Assembly (NCBI GenBank): GCA_033762115.1
Contig: JANRLX010000092.1
Span: forward strand, 1-64,000
DNA length: 64,000 bases
Direction: 5' to 3'
DNA from: Verrucomicrobiota bacterium
GTDB lineage: Bacteria; Verrucomicrobiota; Verrucomicrobiia; Limisphaerales; SXQI01
A program made the translations under genes and the position numbers. Below are positions 29,801 to 39,070 of this stretch, piece after piece (position 1 is the stretch's first letter; every line of letters begins with the position of its first letter). Below the pieces are notes generated by a model that was given only the letters and a program-made list of their open reading frames with translations, made no database searches and was not told the DNA's origin.

Positions 29801-30286
29801 TCCAAACAGGATTTCCTTCTTGTCGGCTTTTCCATCTCCATCAGTGTCCTGAAAAAACCAGATGTTGGGAATGCTCCAGGCAATGACCCCATTTTTATAC
29901 GGATAAAGTCCAATGGGTATATTCAAACCTTCCGCAAAGGTGGTGATTTTTCGCGCCCTGCCATTTGCATCAAAATCCTCAAAAATTTTTATTGTATCCC
30001 GGCCCGGTTTATCCAGGGGGGCAGGATAAGGATACTCCCGTGATTCGCTCACCCAAAGCCGTCCACGGCTGTCGAAAGCCATGTTCATTGGCTTTCGGAT
30101 ATGCGGTTCAGAGGTGACAAGCTGAACCTCGAAACCATCAGGAACATGAAAGGTTTTTTGCTGCGCTTCAGGAGTCAATGGTTCACTGGTCCGCACGTTC
30201 TCGGCAAAAGGATCAGCACCATACACGCAGAATAGCGCGCACAGGGAGAAAAGCAGCGAGACAGAAATAAATGGCATGGCTGACAT
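26807..30286 (-). CDS. PVC-type membrane-bound dehydrogenase/heme-binding CxxCH protein
   Basis: Signal peptide, propeller-like N-terminus (FDSRGRLWV, DTDGDGKAD, FRPVD..GPDGALY), HEAT-like repeats, C-terminal CAVCH...GPQL...SLMPE; start moved to 30286 because 30342-30371 is a terminator. Confidence 0.88.
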   Translation of the reverse strand: MSAMPFISVSLLFSLCALFCVYGADPFAENVRTSEPLTPEAQQKTFHVPDGFEVQLVTSEPHIRKPMNMAFDSRGRLWVSESREYPYPAPLDKPGRDTIKIFEDFDANGRARKITTFAEGLNIPIGLYPYKNGVIAWSIPNIWFFQDTDGDGKADKKEILFGPLGWEKDTHGNNASFRRGFDGWLYATHGFNNTSTIKARDGSTITIHSGNTYRVRLDGSRVEQHTWGQVNPFGLCFDPYGNMYSADCHSSPIYELLRGGYYPSFGKPNDGLGYAPTMLQHTHGSTAIAGIIYYLDGYWPQEFQNNILIGNVMTSRINRDTISERGSTKVAHEQKDFLTTDDPWFRPVDIQMGPDGALYVADFYNRIIGHYEVPLEHPGRDRERGRIWRVIYKNKPAAPPFNLAAATLDQCLDELDSPFMTRRMLAMNEVTDRIGSTAIPSVKRLIGRSNPSSFQLIHGLWILHRLNAMENAYLSMAATHRDKAVRAHAMRIIGETATLTPFHTDLLKAGIKDADPLVQRCAAEASGLHPRQEFIPALLQLRQKTHPSDTHLLHATRIALRNQMAATDKVSFAASAAISENDSRALADVALAIPKPAAASFLLDHTQKYDEPDERLANCLKHIARHVEVDRLDDLAEVSRQKARNETDVQLTVFKSIQDGFSQRGLKVTPKIKDWGNELAGSLLSAATGRSTWINLPNPTKAFSANPWVLQERNAEDGATTLYITSLPSGGEQLTGILRSSSFPAPAAFSFYVVGHDGPPSEPALGNNSVRLIDSKTGQVLKQTPAPGNDIARKVTWDLREFAGRECHFELVDGDTGSGYAWIGAGRFDPPVIALPQSDPNKVNEKLLSALQITESLNLTNHQSALENLLTAGDHEFIVQASAAQALVSFSPSDEKRALAKLLQETALASNLRRTIVHSIATNGQSKTVLTQVFQMAPQRLQIKVAENLVASSEGVEVFLAMVERKEAPVGLLSARTIKERLATQSGPQLKQRIATLSDKLPPANEGIASKLEEKRIAFEKSQGNSNNGQALFVKNCAVCHQVDGAGALIGPQLDGIGNRGLERLIEDVLDPNRNVDHAFRSHLVILEDGDVISGLPRREEGELLVLADSTGKEISIQKKLIKERRESDSSLMPENFGDLLNPQELNDLLAFLLSRRGN

Positions 30287-30341
30287 TCCGACGATTGTAT
30301 CGGAATGAACATTCATGGGAAAGCTCGTTGCGTGAAGCCAC

Positions 30342-30371
30342 AAAAAAGGGGAAGGCATCGCTGCCTTCCCC
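30342..30371 (-). terminator. Intrinsic terminator after the Zn-dehydrogenase gene
   Basis: Minus strand GGGGAAGGCA-gcga-TGCCTTCCCC followed by T6. Confidence 0.85.
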
Positions 30372-30402
30372 TGGATGATGGGAGAAAAATAAGAGACTCT
30401 CT

Positions 30403-31578
30403 TCAGAGTTGCGGTTTCAGGACAATTTTAATGCATTCATCCTGCTTATGCTTGAACAATTCATATCCTTTGGGTGCATCTTCCAGGCTCATGGTGTGCG
30501 TAATGACAAAGCTTGGATCAATTTCGCCTTTCTGGATTTTTTCAAGCAACAGTCCCATGTACTTCTGCACATGAGTTTGCCCTGTTTTGATCGTGAGTGC
30601 CTTGTTCATTAATGCACCAAGCGGAATTTTATCAACCAGCCCACCATAGACCCCTGGAACGGAAATCGTTCCTCCATTCCGGCAGGCCATGATTGCTTCC
30701 CGGAACGCAATCGGCCGATCTGTTTCAAGCATCATCGCTTGTTTGGCTCGATCATATGCATACTCCAGTGGAGCGCCATGTGCTTCCATTCCCACTGCTT
30801 CAATGCACGAATCAGGGCCCCGACCTCCTGTCATCTCCATTAACCCCTCATAAGTATCCAGATCATCGTAATTAATAATTTCCGCCCCACCTTGTTCCTG
30901 GGCCATTCGCAATCGCTCCGGCACCCGGTCAATGGCGATTACCCGTTCCGCACCGAGAAGAAAGGCGCTTTTGATCGCAAACTGCCCCACAGGCCCGCAA
31001 CCCCAGACTGCGACAGTATCCCCTGGCTTGATGTTGCAATTTTCCGCAGCCATGTAGCCGGTGGGGAAAATGTCCGAAAGGAAGAGCACCTGCTCGTCTC
31101 GCAGATTATCAGGGATTTTAACGTGATCCACGTCCGCAAAGGGAACGCGTGCATACTCTGCTTGTCCTCCCGCATATCCCCCGGTCAAGTGGGAGTAGCC
31201 ATAAATACCGCAAGGTGAATGTCCCCACATCTGCTGTGCCATCAGCGCATTTGGATTTGAATTTTCACAAAGTGAAAACATCCCCTCCGTGCAGAAATGA
31301 CAGCTTCCGCAGGAGATCGGGAAAGGGACTACAATCCGGTCACCCACTTTCAAATTCTTCACTCCGCTGCCCACCTCCACTACTTCTCCCATGAACTCAT
31401 GACCCACGATATCTCCCTTTTCCATCGTGGGGACAAAACCGTTGTAAAGGTGGAGATCCGACCCACAAATCGCGGTTGAGGTGATTCTAACGATGGCATC
31501 GCGCGGATTTAAAATTTTTGGGTCGGGCACTTCCACGACCTGCATCTGGTTTTTACCGAACCAACAATTCGCCTTCAT
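30403..31578 (-). CDS. Zinc-dependent alcohol/formaldehyde dehydrogenase (MDR family)
   Basis: [21 protein letters not shown]...[15 protein letters not shown]. Confidence 0.92.
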   Translation of the reverse strand: MKANCWFGKNQMQVVEVPDPKILNPRDAIVRITSTAICGSDLHLYNGFVPTMEKGDIVGHEFMGEVVEVGSGVKNLKVGDRIVVPFPISCGSCHFCTEGMFSLCENSNPNALMAQQMWGHSPCGIYGYSHLTGGYAGGQAEYARVPFADVDHVKIPDNLRDEQVLFLSDIFPTGYMAAENCNIKPGDTVAVWGCGPVGQFAIKSAFLLGAERVIAIDRVPERLRMAQEQGGAEIINYDDLDTYEGLMEMTGGRGPDSCIEAVGMEAHGAPLEYAYDRAKQAMMLETDRPIAFREAIMACRNGGTISVPGVYGGLVDKIPLGALMNKALTIKTGQTHVQKYMGLLLEKIQKGEIDPSFVITHTMSLEDAPKGYELFKHKQDECIKIVLKPQL

Positions 31579-31608
31579 CTGTTTTTCCCTTGAGTTTGAT
31601 GTTAATTT

Positions 31609-32505
31609 TTAAGCCCGGAGTAGATCATCGAATTTTGCCGAGGTACTTTTGCGACGACCGGAGGATTGTCCTTCAGTTTTGGCAATCTCACCGGTTTCCA
31701 TAAGTTGCTTGAACCTGATCAGATCGACCGGGATTTGCTTCTCCGGTGCCTGTCCCATGACCTTGGCCACCTTGGCTCCCACCACACCTCCCGGAGGGTT
31801 GTAGCTCAACTGCACTCGTACCACCGTACCTCTCCCCCCGGTCGCAGTTTCGAAACGGACAGAACCTGAGTTGTCCACATCCGCGCCTTCCAATGAACGC
31901 CATGCAATGAGTTTGTTCGGCACATCCTGGGTCACTTCGGCATCCCATTCCACATCATGTCCCATCGGTCCCTTCGCCACCCAATGTGACCGCTTGTCAT
32001 TGGTCGCGGTGACCGATTTCAAGTGCCCCATGACCCGTGGCAGGTTTTCAAAATTTCGCCAAAACCGGTAAAGTTCTTCTGCGGGTCGATTGATTGTGAT
32101 GACCTTGTGCAACGGAATCTTTCCCTGTTCTCCTTTGGCTTTCTTTTCCGGATATCTTCGGCTCAGTTGCTTGCCGCAAAGAAGATCAACAGCTGCGACT
32201 CCGGCAACGGTGGCGGTTGCAATCGCCAGCCGCGAACGCTGGGCATGACTGGATCCAAACGCCATTCCCAACATGCCAAGATCCATAATATCCCCAATGA
32301 CACGGGACCAAACCCAGGTGGTCGGCTTCTTTTGCGTGAGAATGCCTATTCCACTGGTGATTTCCCGAAGTCCCATCACTCGAAGAACCCCTGGGTGCGG
32401 CTTGACCCCGATCGTCTTTGAAATTCTTCGTGGTGTTAAAAGTTCTGCCAGGCCAAGGCCGATGCTGAACCATCCCAAGGTGCGTGCGAGTTGTAATTCT
32501 TTCAT
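31609..32505 (-). CDS. SRPBCC (cyclase/dehydrase) family protein with N-terminal membrane segment
   Basis: LGWFSIGLG..., YRFWRNFENLP..SHW..EWDAE..IAWRS..GSVRF; AAGGAG RBS before ATG 32505. Confidence 0.85.
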   Translation of the reverse strand: MKELQLARTLGWFSIGLGLAELLTPRRISKTIGVKPHPGVLRVMGLREITSGIGILTQKKPTTWVWSRVIGDIMDLGMLGMAFGSSHAQRSRLAIATATVAGVAAVDLLCGKQLSRRYPEKKAKGEQGKIPLHKVITINRPAEELYRFWRNFENLPRVMGHLKSVTATNDKRSHWVAKGPMGHDVEWDAEVTQDVPNKLIAWRSLEGADVDNSGSVRFETATGGRGTVVRVQLSYNPPGGVVGAKVAKVMGQAPEKQIPVDLIRFKQLMETGEIAKTEGQSSGRRKSTSAKFDDLLRA

Positions 32506-32886
32506 AATGCTCCTTTCTGACATTCGCACAAGATCGGCTCCTGATAATGGGTAAAACCGCTGAATTTTTAAAAGTCATTCACCCCTGCTAATATCAGGAA
32601 AAATATCGGCTGGGTTTATCGGGGTGAAACGACTGCCTGAAGTTCAATCACGAGAAAACGGCAAAAGACATTCCTGCGGCAGCGGGCAAGTAGGTTAAAC
32701 TGAATCAGGCATCCGTACTTTTCGTTAAAATCAATGCTTGATGTCAGCTGCCGTCCAGGTAACCTCCTTCTCCAGTAGATAGTGGCCAACTAGAATTGTT
32801 AAACCTTCGTCATAGATAAGATTCTTCCCCTTCGGGAACAGCAGATCCAGTGAGGCAATTGTCTAAATCCAAACACACACAACCAG

Positions 32887-33261
32887 ATGAGTACCAAATT
32901 ATTCGTAGGAAATCTGTCATTTAATACGACAGAAAATGAACTTCAGGACCTTTTTGCCGCGTACGGTGCAGTCACCGCGGTGGACCTGATCGTTGATCGC
33001 ATGACCGGACGCCCTCGTGGTTTCGGCTTCGTGACAATGGAGGCCAAAGAGGATGCAGACAAGGCAGTGGAAGCATTGCATGGCAGAAATCTCGGCGGGC
33101 GCGACATCACTGTAAATGAGGCTCGTCCTCGCGAAGAACGTTCCGGTGGTGGCGGGTACCGGGGGGGCAACGGCGGTGGCGGTTATCGTGGTGGCGGAGG
33201 TGGGGGCGGGGGACGTGACCGTGATCGCGACCGTGGTCCTCGCCGTGAACAACAATACTGA
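32887..33261 (+). CDS. RRM (RNP-1) RNA-binding protein with Gly/Arg-rich tail
   Basis: LFVGNL (RNP2), RGFGFV (RNP1), VNEARPRE, GGGGYRGG tail. Confidence 0.95.
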   Translation: MSTKLFVGNLSFNTTENELQDLFAAYGAVTAVDLIVDRMTGRPRGFGFVTMEAKEDADKAVEALHGRNLGGRDITVNEARPREERSGGGGYRGGNGGGGYRGGGGGGGGRDRDRDRGPRREQQY

Positions 33262-33288
33262 TAAGATTTTTCATCAATTTTGAAATCC

Positions 33289-33322
33289 AACGCAGCTCAA
33301 CCTGAGCTGCGTTTTTGCTTTT
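33289..33322 (+). terminator. Intrinsic terminator
   Basis: AACGCAGCTCA-acc-TGAGCTGCGTT followed by a T-rich tail. Confidence 0.85.
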
Positions 33323-33348
33323 AGCTTTCTCCCCTTATCTGGTGGGAT

Positions 33349-34734
33349 ATGGCGATGGAAATTTGCATTCTGGCTGGCGGTCGGAGCTCCCGGATGGGGC
33401 GGAGCAAAGGCAGTCTGCGCCTGGCGGGTAAAACATTACTGCAAAAAACAATCCAGATTGCCAGGGAAGCAGGGTTGCCAACCCGGGTCATCCGGCGTGA
33501 CCTGGTGCCTGAATGCGGACCTGTGGGAGGGGTTTTCACGGCGCTGAAGCAGAGTCAGTTCGAGGCCATTCTTTTCCTGCCCTGCGACATGCCGTTTTTA
33601 TCGGCAGAATTGTTAACCCAGGTTATTTCAGAAGCGAGAGCGCAGCAAAAACCCATTTTTGTAAACGGAGATCAAGGGGCTGGATTTCCTTTCGTAATCT
33701 GGAAGAAGGATTTGCCACTGGTAAAGGCATCGATTGAGCAGGGAAAATTTGCATTACAGCACCTGGCTAAAACAGTTTCGGCAGGAGTATTCAGAAGGGC
33801 TGATCCGAATGAATTAACCAATGTCAATACGCCGAAGGATTTCGCAGAGGCAGGTAAACGCCAAATGCAAATCGATCAATTGAGAGATGAAACCATTCTT
33901 TCAATCAAGAACCTGACGATTATTCGCGGAAAATCGCGGATTTTGGATGGCATCACCTGGAATATTCGCCAGGGTGAGCATTGGGTAATCCTTGGCGCCA
34001 ATGGTTCAGGAAAAACTTCACTTCTCAATTCCCTGGTGGGTTACCTCACCCCCACTAAAGGCACCGTGAATCTTTTGGGCCGGCAATTTGGTAGTACAGA
34101 CTGGCGTGAATTGCGCCGCCACATCGGAATGGTCAGTTCCAGCCTGCGACAGATGATGACTGATTCCGAGCCCGCTTTGGACACCGTGGTGAGTGGAAAA
34201 TATGCCATGATTGATTTCTGGGGAAAACCATCAGCCTCGGACCGCAAGGAAGGCGTTAAGATTTTGAAGCAATTGGAGTGTGAACACCTGGCGGAACGCC
34301 CATGGATTTACCTTTCTCAAGGGGAACGTCAACGCATCCTCATCGGAAGGGCATTGATGGCGAAACCGCGCATATTAATTCTGGATGAGCCTTGTGCCGG
34401 GTTGGATCCCGCTGCGAGAGAACGGTTTTTACAATTTTTGCAAAACCTTGGCAGGCTTGAGAATGCCCCTGCCTTAATCTTTGTTACCCATCATGTGGAG
34501 GAGATCATGCCGCTGTTTACGCATGTGCTTCTGCTAAAGGCGGGCAAGGTCCTTTTGGCGGGGAAAAAGGACACATTGAATGGCAGGGCAGTTTCCGAGC
34601 TGTTTTCTGCGCCTGCGCTCCTGCGTAAATCAGGAGAACGTTTTGAGCTTGGGATCAAGGTGGATAAGCCAATGGCAGAGCCGAAGGTGGCGATTGCAAA
34701 AAATAGTGCTCAAACCAGGATGAAAAACCGTTGA
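33349..34734 (+). CDS. Fusion of MobA-like NTP transferase and ModF-like ABC ATPase
   Basis: N-terminal ILAGGRSSRMG..K, GPVGG, PCDMPF, NVNTP; C-terminal GANGSGKT, LSQGE, LILDEP, VTHH; no stop between the domains. Confidence 0.85.
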   Translation: MAMEICILAGGRSSRMGRSKGSLRLAGKTLLQKTIQIAREAGLPTRVIRRDLVPECGPVGGVFTALKQSQFEAILFLPCDMPFLSAELLTQVISEARAQQKPIFVNGDQGAGFPFVIWKKDLPLVKASIEQGKFALQHLAKTVSAGVFRRADPNELTNVNTPKDFAEAGKRQMQIDQLRDETILSIKNLTIIRGKSRILDGITWNIRQGEHWVILGANGSGKTSLLNSLVGYLTPTKGTVNLLGRQFGSTDWRELRRHIGMVSSSLRQMMTDSEPALDTVVSGKYAMIDFWGKPSASDRKEGVKILKQLECEHLAERPWIYLSQGERQRILIGRALMAKPRILILDEPCAGLDPAARERFLQFLQNLGRLENAPALIFVTHHVEEIMPLFTHVLLLKAGKVLLAGKKDTLNGRAVSELFSAPALLRKSGERFELGIKVDKPMAEPKVAIAKNSAQTRMKNR

Positions 34735-34758
34735 CACCCGATTGCGCGGTTCTATATT
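34731..34758 (+). promoter_or_regulatory. Candidate sigma-70 promoter for tRNA-Thr-tuf
   Basis: TTGACA-N16-TATATT. Confidence 0.55.
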
Positions 34759-34880
34759 CAGCGACAGTTAGCGGGTCGGAAAACAAAAAAGCACCTCCAA
34801 TCCCCGATTGACCAAGTGGCGGGATTGAAGGGATTTTTGTCGTTTTCTACGGGTGCCAGCGGTTTGGAAAGAGACTTTCA

Positions 34881-34956
34881 GCCCATGTAGCTCAGTTGGC
34901 AGAGCACGTCCTTGGTAAGGACGAGGTCATCAGTTCAAACCTGATCATGGGCTCCA
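34881..34956 (+). tRNA. tRNA-Thr(GGT)
   Basis: Cloverleaf GCCCATG/CATGGGC, anticodon loop TTGGTAA, GTTCAAA T-loop, encoded CCA. Confidence 0.96.
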
Positions 34957-35003
34957 GATTTGGCGCAGCTACGATTTAAAACAGAAAATAACATAACCAG
35001 CAA

Positions 35004-36194
35004 ATGGCTAAAGAATCGTTTCAACGAAATAAACCCCACGTGAATGTCGGCACGATCGGGCACGTGGACCATGGTAAATCAACCCTGACTGCCTCCATCG
35101 TGGCTGTGCAGTCTCGCAAAGGGATGGCAACTCCGATTTCCTACGCGGACATCACCAAGGGCGGCACAGTCCGTGACGCTACCAAAACGGTGACCATTGC
35201 AGTCTCCCACGTTGAATATGAAAGCAACCAGCGCCATTACGCTCACGTTGACTGCCCTGGCCACGCCGATTACGTCAAGAACATGATCACTGGCGCTGCC
35301 CAGATGGACGGTGCGATTCTGGTGGTCAGCGCAGCTGACGGCCCAATGCCTCAGACCCGTGAGCATATCCTCCTCGCTCGTCAGGTCGGTGTTCCCGCTG
35401 TTGTTGTTTTCCTTAATAAAGTCGATCTCGTTGATGATCCTGAATTGCTGGACCTGGTCGAAATGGAAATCCGTGACCTGCTCAGCAAATATCAATTCCC
35501 TGGCGACACCACTCCAGTGGTGCGTGGCAGTGCCACCGCTGCCATGGAAGGAAAACCTGAAGGTGAAAAAGCCATTCAGGACCTGATGGACGCGATTGAT
35601 TCGCATATCCCGCTTCCAACCCGCGAAGTCGACAAACCGTTCCTTATGTGCATTGAGGACGTGTTCAACATTGAAGGTCGTGGCACTGTCGTGACCGGTC
35701 GCGTGGAACGCGGTGAATTGAACAAAATGTCTGACGTGGAAATCGTGGGGTTGAAAGACACCCGCAAAACCGTGGCGACCGACATTGAAATGTTCCGCAA
35801 GCTTCTCGATAAAGCGAGCGCTGGCGATAACGTCGGTGTGCTGCTGCGCGGCACCAAGAAGGAAGAAGTGGAACGCGGCATGGTTCTCGCCAAGCCAGGC
35901 TCCATCAAGCCTTATACCAAGTTCAAAGCCGAAGTTTACGTGCTTTCAAAGGAAGAAGGTGGCCGTCATACCCCATTCTTTAACAAATACCGCCCGCAAT
36001 TCTATTTCCGAACCTCGGACGTGACAGGAAATGTCACCTTGCCTGCCGGCGTGGAAATGGTCATGCCTGGTGATAACGTATCAGTGGAAATCGAACTCAT
36101 TGCCCCTGTGGCGATGGAACAAGGACAACGCTTTGCGATCCGCGAAGGTGGTCGGACCATCGGTGCCGGTCGTGTAAGCGATATCGTCGCATAA
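35004..36194 (+). CDS. tuf: Elongation factor Tu
   Basis: [42 protein letters not shown]; variant switch I. Confidence 0.98.
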   Translation: MAKESFQRNKPHVNVGTIGHVDHGKSTLTASIVAVQSRKGMATPISYADITKGGTVRDATKTVTIAVSHVEYESNQRHYAHVDCPGHADYVKNMITGAAQMDGAILVVSAADGPMPQTREHILLARQVGVPAVVVFLNKVDLVDDPELLDLVEMEIRDLLSKYQFPGDTTPVVRGSATAAMEGKPEGEKAIQDLMDAIDSHIPLPTREVDKPFLMCIEDVFNIEGRGTVVTGRVERGELNKMSDVEIVGLKDTRKTVATDIEMFRKLLDKASAGDNVGVLLRGTKKEEVERGMVLAKPGSIKPYTKFKAEVYVLSKEEGGRHTPFFNKYRPQFYFRTSDVTGNVTLPAGVEMVMPGDNVSVEIELIAPVAMEQGQRFAIREGGRTIGAGRVSDIVA

Positions 36195-36212
36195 TTTAAA
36201 CTTGACTTCATA

Positions 36213-36246
36213 GGAGAGCGGGGAATATTCCCCGCCTCCGTTTTTT
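36213..36246 (+). terminator. Hairpin/terminator after tuf
   Basis: GCGGGGAA-ta-TTCCCCGC inverted repeat flanked by GGAG/CTCC and followed by T6. Confidence 0.7.
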
Positions 36247-36307
36247 CGTCTCATTATAAAGTGGAGAAAGGTGAGACGGGTAGTGGGATAGACAATGGCA
36301 GCGGTTT

Positions 36308-36383
36308 AGGGCGGTAGCTCAATTGGTAGAGTAGCGGTCTCCAAAACCGTCGGTTGGGGGTTCGAGTCCCTCCCGCCCTGCCA
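36308..36383 (+). tRNA. tRNA-Trp(CCA)
   Basis: AGGGCGG/CCGCCCT acceptor stem, anticodon loop CTCCAAA, GTTCGAG, CCA end. Confidence 0.96.
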
Positions 36384-36399
36384 GCCAAAACAGCGAGCC

Positions 36400-36488
36400 G
36401 GAGGGGTGGCAGAGTGGTCTATCGCGGCGGTCTTGAAAACCGCTAAGGCTAAACACCTTCGGGGGTTCGAATCCCTCCCCCTCCGCCA
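36400..36488 (+). tRNA. tRNA-Ser(TGA)
   Basis: GGAGGGG/CCCCTCC acceptor stem, anticodon loop CTTGAAA, long variable arm, G73-CCA. Confidence 0.94.
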
Positions 36489-36493
36489 ATGAT

Positions 36494-36754
36494 ATGAATG
36501 ATTTTGTAAAACTGGGAATATGGGGAGTCGTCATCGGGATCGTTTTCGCGCTTCTTTGGAAGCAGGGATATCTGGTCCGGATTCGCAACTATTTTGCGGA
36601 GACGCAGGAAGAGCTTAAAAAATGCTCATGGCCCTCCCGCCAGGAATTGACCGGCTCCACGGTGCTGGTCATGGTGACGATTGCTTTGCTCGGGGTTTTT
36701 ACCGTCGGGATTGATTTTATTTTGACGAGCGTGATGCGTCTGATCACCTCGTAA
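36494..36754 (+). CDS. secE: Preprotein translocase subunit SecE
   Basis: ELKKCSWPSRQEL motif plus TM helix; upstream of nusG. Confidence 0.93.
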   Translation: MNDFVKLGIWGVVIGIVFALLWKQGYLVRIRNYFAETQEELKKCSWPSRQELTGSTVLVMVTIALLGVFTVGIDFILTSVMRLITS

Positions 36755-36775
36755 GCGGTCGAACAATTATATCTC

Positions 36776-37324
36776 ATGCAGAGTCAATGGTTTGTGCTTC
36801 ACACGCTGTCCGGTCAGGAACAGAAAGTGAAGGATAGCATCGAAAAACGGATCAAGACCGAAGAGATGGGTGACTATATCAAAGAAGTCCTCGTCCCTAT
36901 GGAAAAGGTTGCTGAGGTGCGCAGTGGAAAAAAAACTGTGAGCACCCGCAAGCTCTACCCTGGTTACGTTTTCATCGATATGATCCTTCTGGATGAGGGA
37001 AAACGGATCATTGAGAAACCCTGGTATTTCATCCGTGAAACACAAGGGGTGATCGGGTTTGTGGGTGGGGACCGCCCAAGCCCGACCAGCAATGAGGAAA
37101 TCTCGACAATTAAAGCTCAGATTTCAGATGCAGAGGACACTGAACGTCCTAAAGTGAATTTCGATGTCGGTGAGACAATCAAAATCAATGATGGTCCATT
37201 CTTGAATTTCAGTGGCGTGATCGAAGAGATCGAGCCTGAACGGGGAAAATTGAAGGTGACGGTGAACATCTTCGGGCGAAATACACCTGTCGAATTGGAA
37301 TATTGGCAGGTTGAAAAAGCCTAA
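36776..37324 (+). CDS. nusG: Transcription termination/antitermination factor NusG
   Basis: [34 protein letters not shown]. Confidence 0.97.
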   Translation: MQSQWFVLHTLSGQEQKVKDSIEKRIKTEEMGDYIKEVLVPMEKVAEVRSGKKTVSTRKLYPGYVFIDMILLDEGKRIIEKPWYFIRETQGVIGFVGGDRPSPTSNEEISTIKAQISDAEDTERPKVNFDVGETIKINDGPFLNFSGVIEEIEPERGKLKVTVNIFGRNTPVELEYWQVEKA

Positions 37325-37341
37325 CCGAATACAGAATTTTT

Positions 37342-37767
37342 ATGGCGAAAAAAGTTGTTGGACAAGTGAAGTTGCAAATTCCGGCCGGGCAGGCCAATCC
37401 TGCGCCTCCGGTGGGCCCCGCTCTCGGTCAGCAAGGGGTCAACATCATGGCTTTTTGCAAGGAATTTAATGCGGCGACAAAAGAACAGGCTGGCCTGGTC
37501 ATTCCCGTGGTGATCACAGTTTATCAGGATAAGTCGTTCACCTTCATCACCAAATCTCCTCCTGCATCTGTCCTGTTGAAAAAAGCAGCGGGCATTGCCA
37601 GCGGCTCAAAGACCCCGAACAAGGATAAAGTCGGCAAAGTGACCCGCAAGCAGGTCATGGACATCGTCAAGATGAAAATGAAGGACCTGAACGCCAGCAA
37701 CGAAGAGGCAGGCTACCTCCAGGTTGCCGGAACTGCCCGCAGCATGGGAATCGACATCCAAGGATAA
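37342..37767 (+). CDS. rplK: 50S ribosomal protein L11
   Basis: [27 protein letters not shown]. Confidence 0.98.
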   Translation: MAKKVVGQVKLQIPAGQANPAPPVGPALGQQGVNIMAFCKEFNAATKEQAGLVIPVVITVYQDKSFTFITKSPPASVLLKKAAGIASGSKTPNKDKVGKVTRKQVMDIVKMKMKDLNASNEEAGYLQVAGTARSMGIDIQG

Positions 37768-37781
37768 TTTTAACCTAAACC

Positions 37782-37810
37782 GCGGGAGAGCTTCGGCTCG
37801 CATGCACCGC
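37782..37810 (+). promoter_or_regulatory. Candidate L1-binding autoregulatory mRNA element between rplK and rplA
   Basis: GCGG-GA-GAGC-UUCG-GCUC-GCAUGCA-CCGC: helix, asymmetric internal loop, helix, with GGGAG, as in L1 operators. Confidence 0.55.
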
Positions 37811-37820
37811 ACCCACATAA

Positions 37821-38519
37821 ATGCCAAGTAAACGATACAAAAAAGCCCTTGAACTGGTGGACAGGCAGAAGCTTTATCCACTGACTTCAGCGGTCGAAGT
37901 CCTGACAAAGTTCCCCAAAGCCAAATTCAACGAAACAGTTGACCTGGCTTTTCGCCTCGGGGTTGATCCGAAACAATCTGATCAAATGGTCCGCGGCACC
38001 GTTCCTCTTCCCCATGGAAGCGGCAAAACAGTTCGTGTGCTGGTCTTTGCTCGTCCCGGCAATGCCGCCGATGCCGCCAAAGCGGCTGGCGCTGAGCATG
38101 TCGGTTTCGATGACATGATCAAAAAATGCACCGAAGGATGGACCGACTTCGATGTGGCGATTGCAACTCCCGAAGCGATGGTCGAAGTGCGTAAATTGGG
38201 TAAGGTCCTTGGCCCTCGCGGCTTGATGCCAAACCCAAAAACCGGGACTGTCACGGATGACACAGCCAAGGCTGTCAAGGAAGTCAAAGCGGGTCGCGTG
38301 GAATTCAAGGTTGATAAAGCCGGGAACATACACGTGCCAGTGGGCAAGATTAACTTTTCCGCCAAACAGATCCAGGAAAACACCCAGGCCGTGATTGAGG
38401 CAGTCATCAAAGCCCGGCCTTCAAGCGTCCGAGGCATTTTTGTTCATAGCTGCACTCTTTCAGCCACCATGAGTCCTCCTGTTCAGGTGGATGTCCGTGA
38501 ATTCATGGCCGCAGCCTAA
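37821..38519 (+). CDS. rplA: 50S ribosomal protein L1
   Basis: KFNETVD, DQMVRG.V.LPHG, LGPRGLMPNPK. Confidence 0.98.
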   Translation: MPSKRYKKALELVDRQKLYPLTSAVEVLTKFPKAKFNETVDLAFRLGVDPKQSDQMVRGTVPLPHGSGKTVRVLVFARPGNAADAAKAAGAEHVGFDDMIKKCTEGWTDFDVAIATPEAMVEVRKLGKVLGPRGLMPNPKTGTVTDDTAKAVKEVKAGRVEFKVDKAGNIHVPVGKINFSAKQIQENTQAVIEAVIKARPSSVRGIFVHSCTLSATMSPPVQVDVREFMAAA

Positions 38520-38542
38520 CCTGTTTAACCGAGGAAATTTCC

Positions 38543-39070
38543 ATGCGTGAAGAGAAAAAATTTATCAGTGCCGAATATATCAATCGGCTTAACGCCTCTC
38601 CTTATTTCATCGTTGTTGATTACCGCGCCTTGACGGTGACCAATTTCACTGAATTGCGTAAGCGCCTTCGGAGTACGGGAGCGGAAGTCCACGTGGTCAA
38701 AAATTCGATCTTTCGGGTTGCCGCCAAGGAAGCCGGCCTGGCTGATCTCAAGGGGGCCCTTGCTGGACAGCTCGCGGTTGTTACCGGTCAGCGCGATGTC
38801 TCTGCTGCAGCCAAAGTCCTGAAAACATTTTCTGCCGAGACTGACAAAGGTAAAATGCAGTTCGGTTACCTCAAGGATCAACGTCTCGAATCCAAAGATT
38901 TGATCGCTTTGGCCGATCTGCCAGGCATCGAAGTGCTTCGTGGCAAATTGCTCGGTCTTTTACAGGCTCCTGCGGGTCAATTGGTTCGCTTGCTCAATAC
39001 TCCAGCCGGTCAACTGGCAAGAGTGTTGCAGGCGCGTGTGGACAAGGAACAAACCCCCGCCGCAGCTTAA
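38543..39070 (+). CDS. rplJ: 50S ribosomal protein L10
   Basis: VDYRALTV, ELR..LR, VVKN, LADLP; position in the cluster. Confidence 0.95.
   Translation: MREEKKFISAEYINRLNASPYFIVVDYRALTVTNFTELRKRLRSTGAEVHVVKNSIFRVAAKEAGLADLKGALAGQLAVVTGQRDVSAAAKVLKTFSAETDKGKMQFGYLKDQRLESKDLIALADLPGIEVLRGKLLGLLQAPAGQLVRLLNTPAGQLARVLQARVDKEQTPAAA

Noticed and set aside
33140..33240. GGC/GGT-rich and GACCGT short repeats
   Set aside because: They encode the Gly/Arg/Asp-rich tail of the RRM protein; not a DNA repeat array or CRISPR.
36400..36488. Possible selenocysteine or suppressor tRNA (TGA in the anticodon loop, long variable arm)
   Set aside because: Anticodon UGA reads UCA (Ser); tRNA-Sec needs anticodon UCA and an 8-bp acceptor stem.
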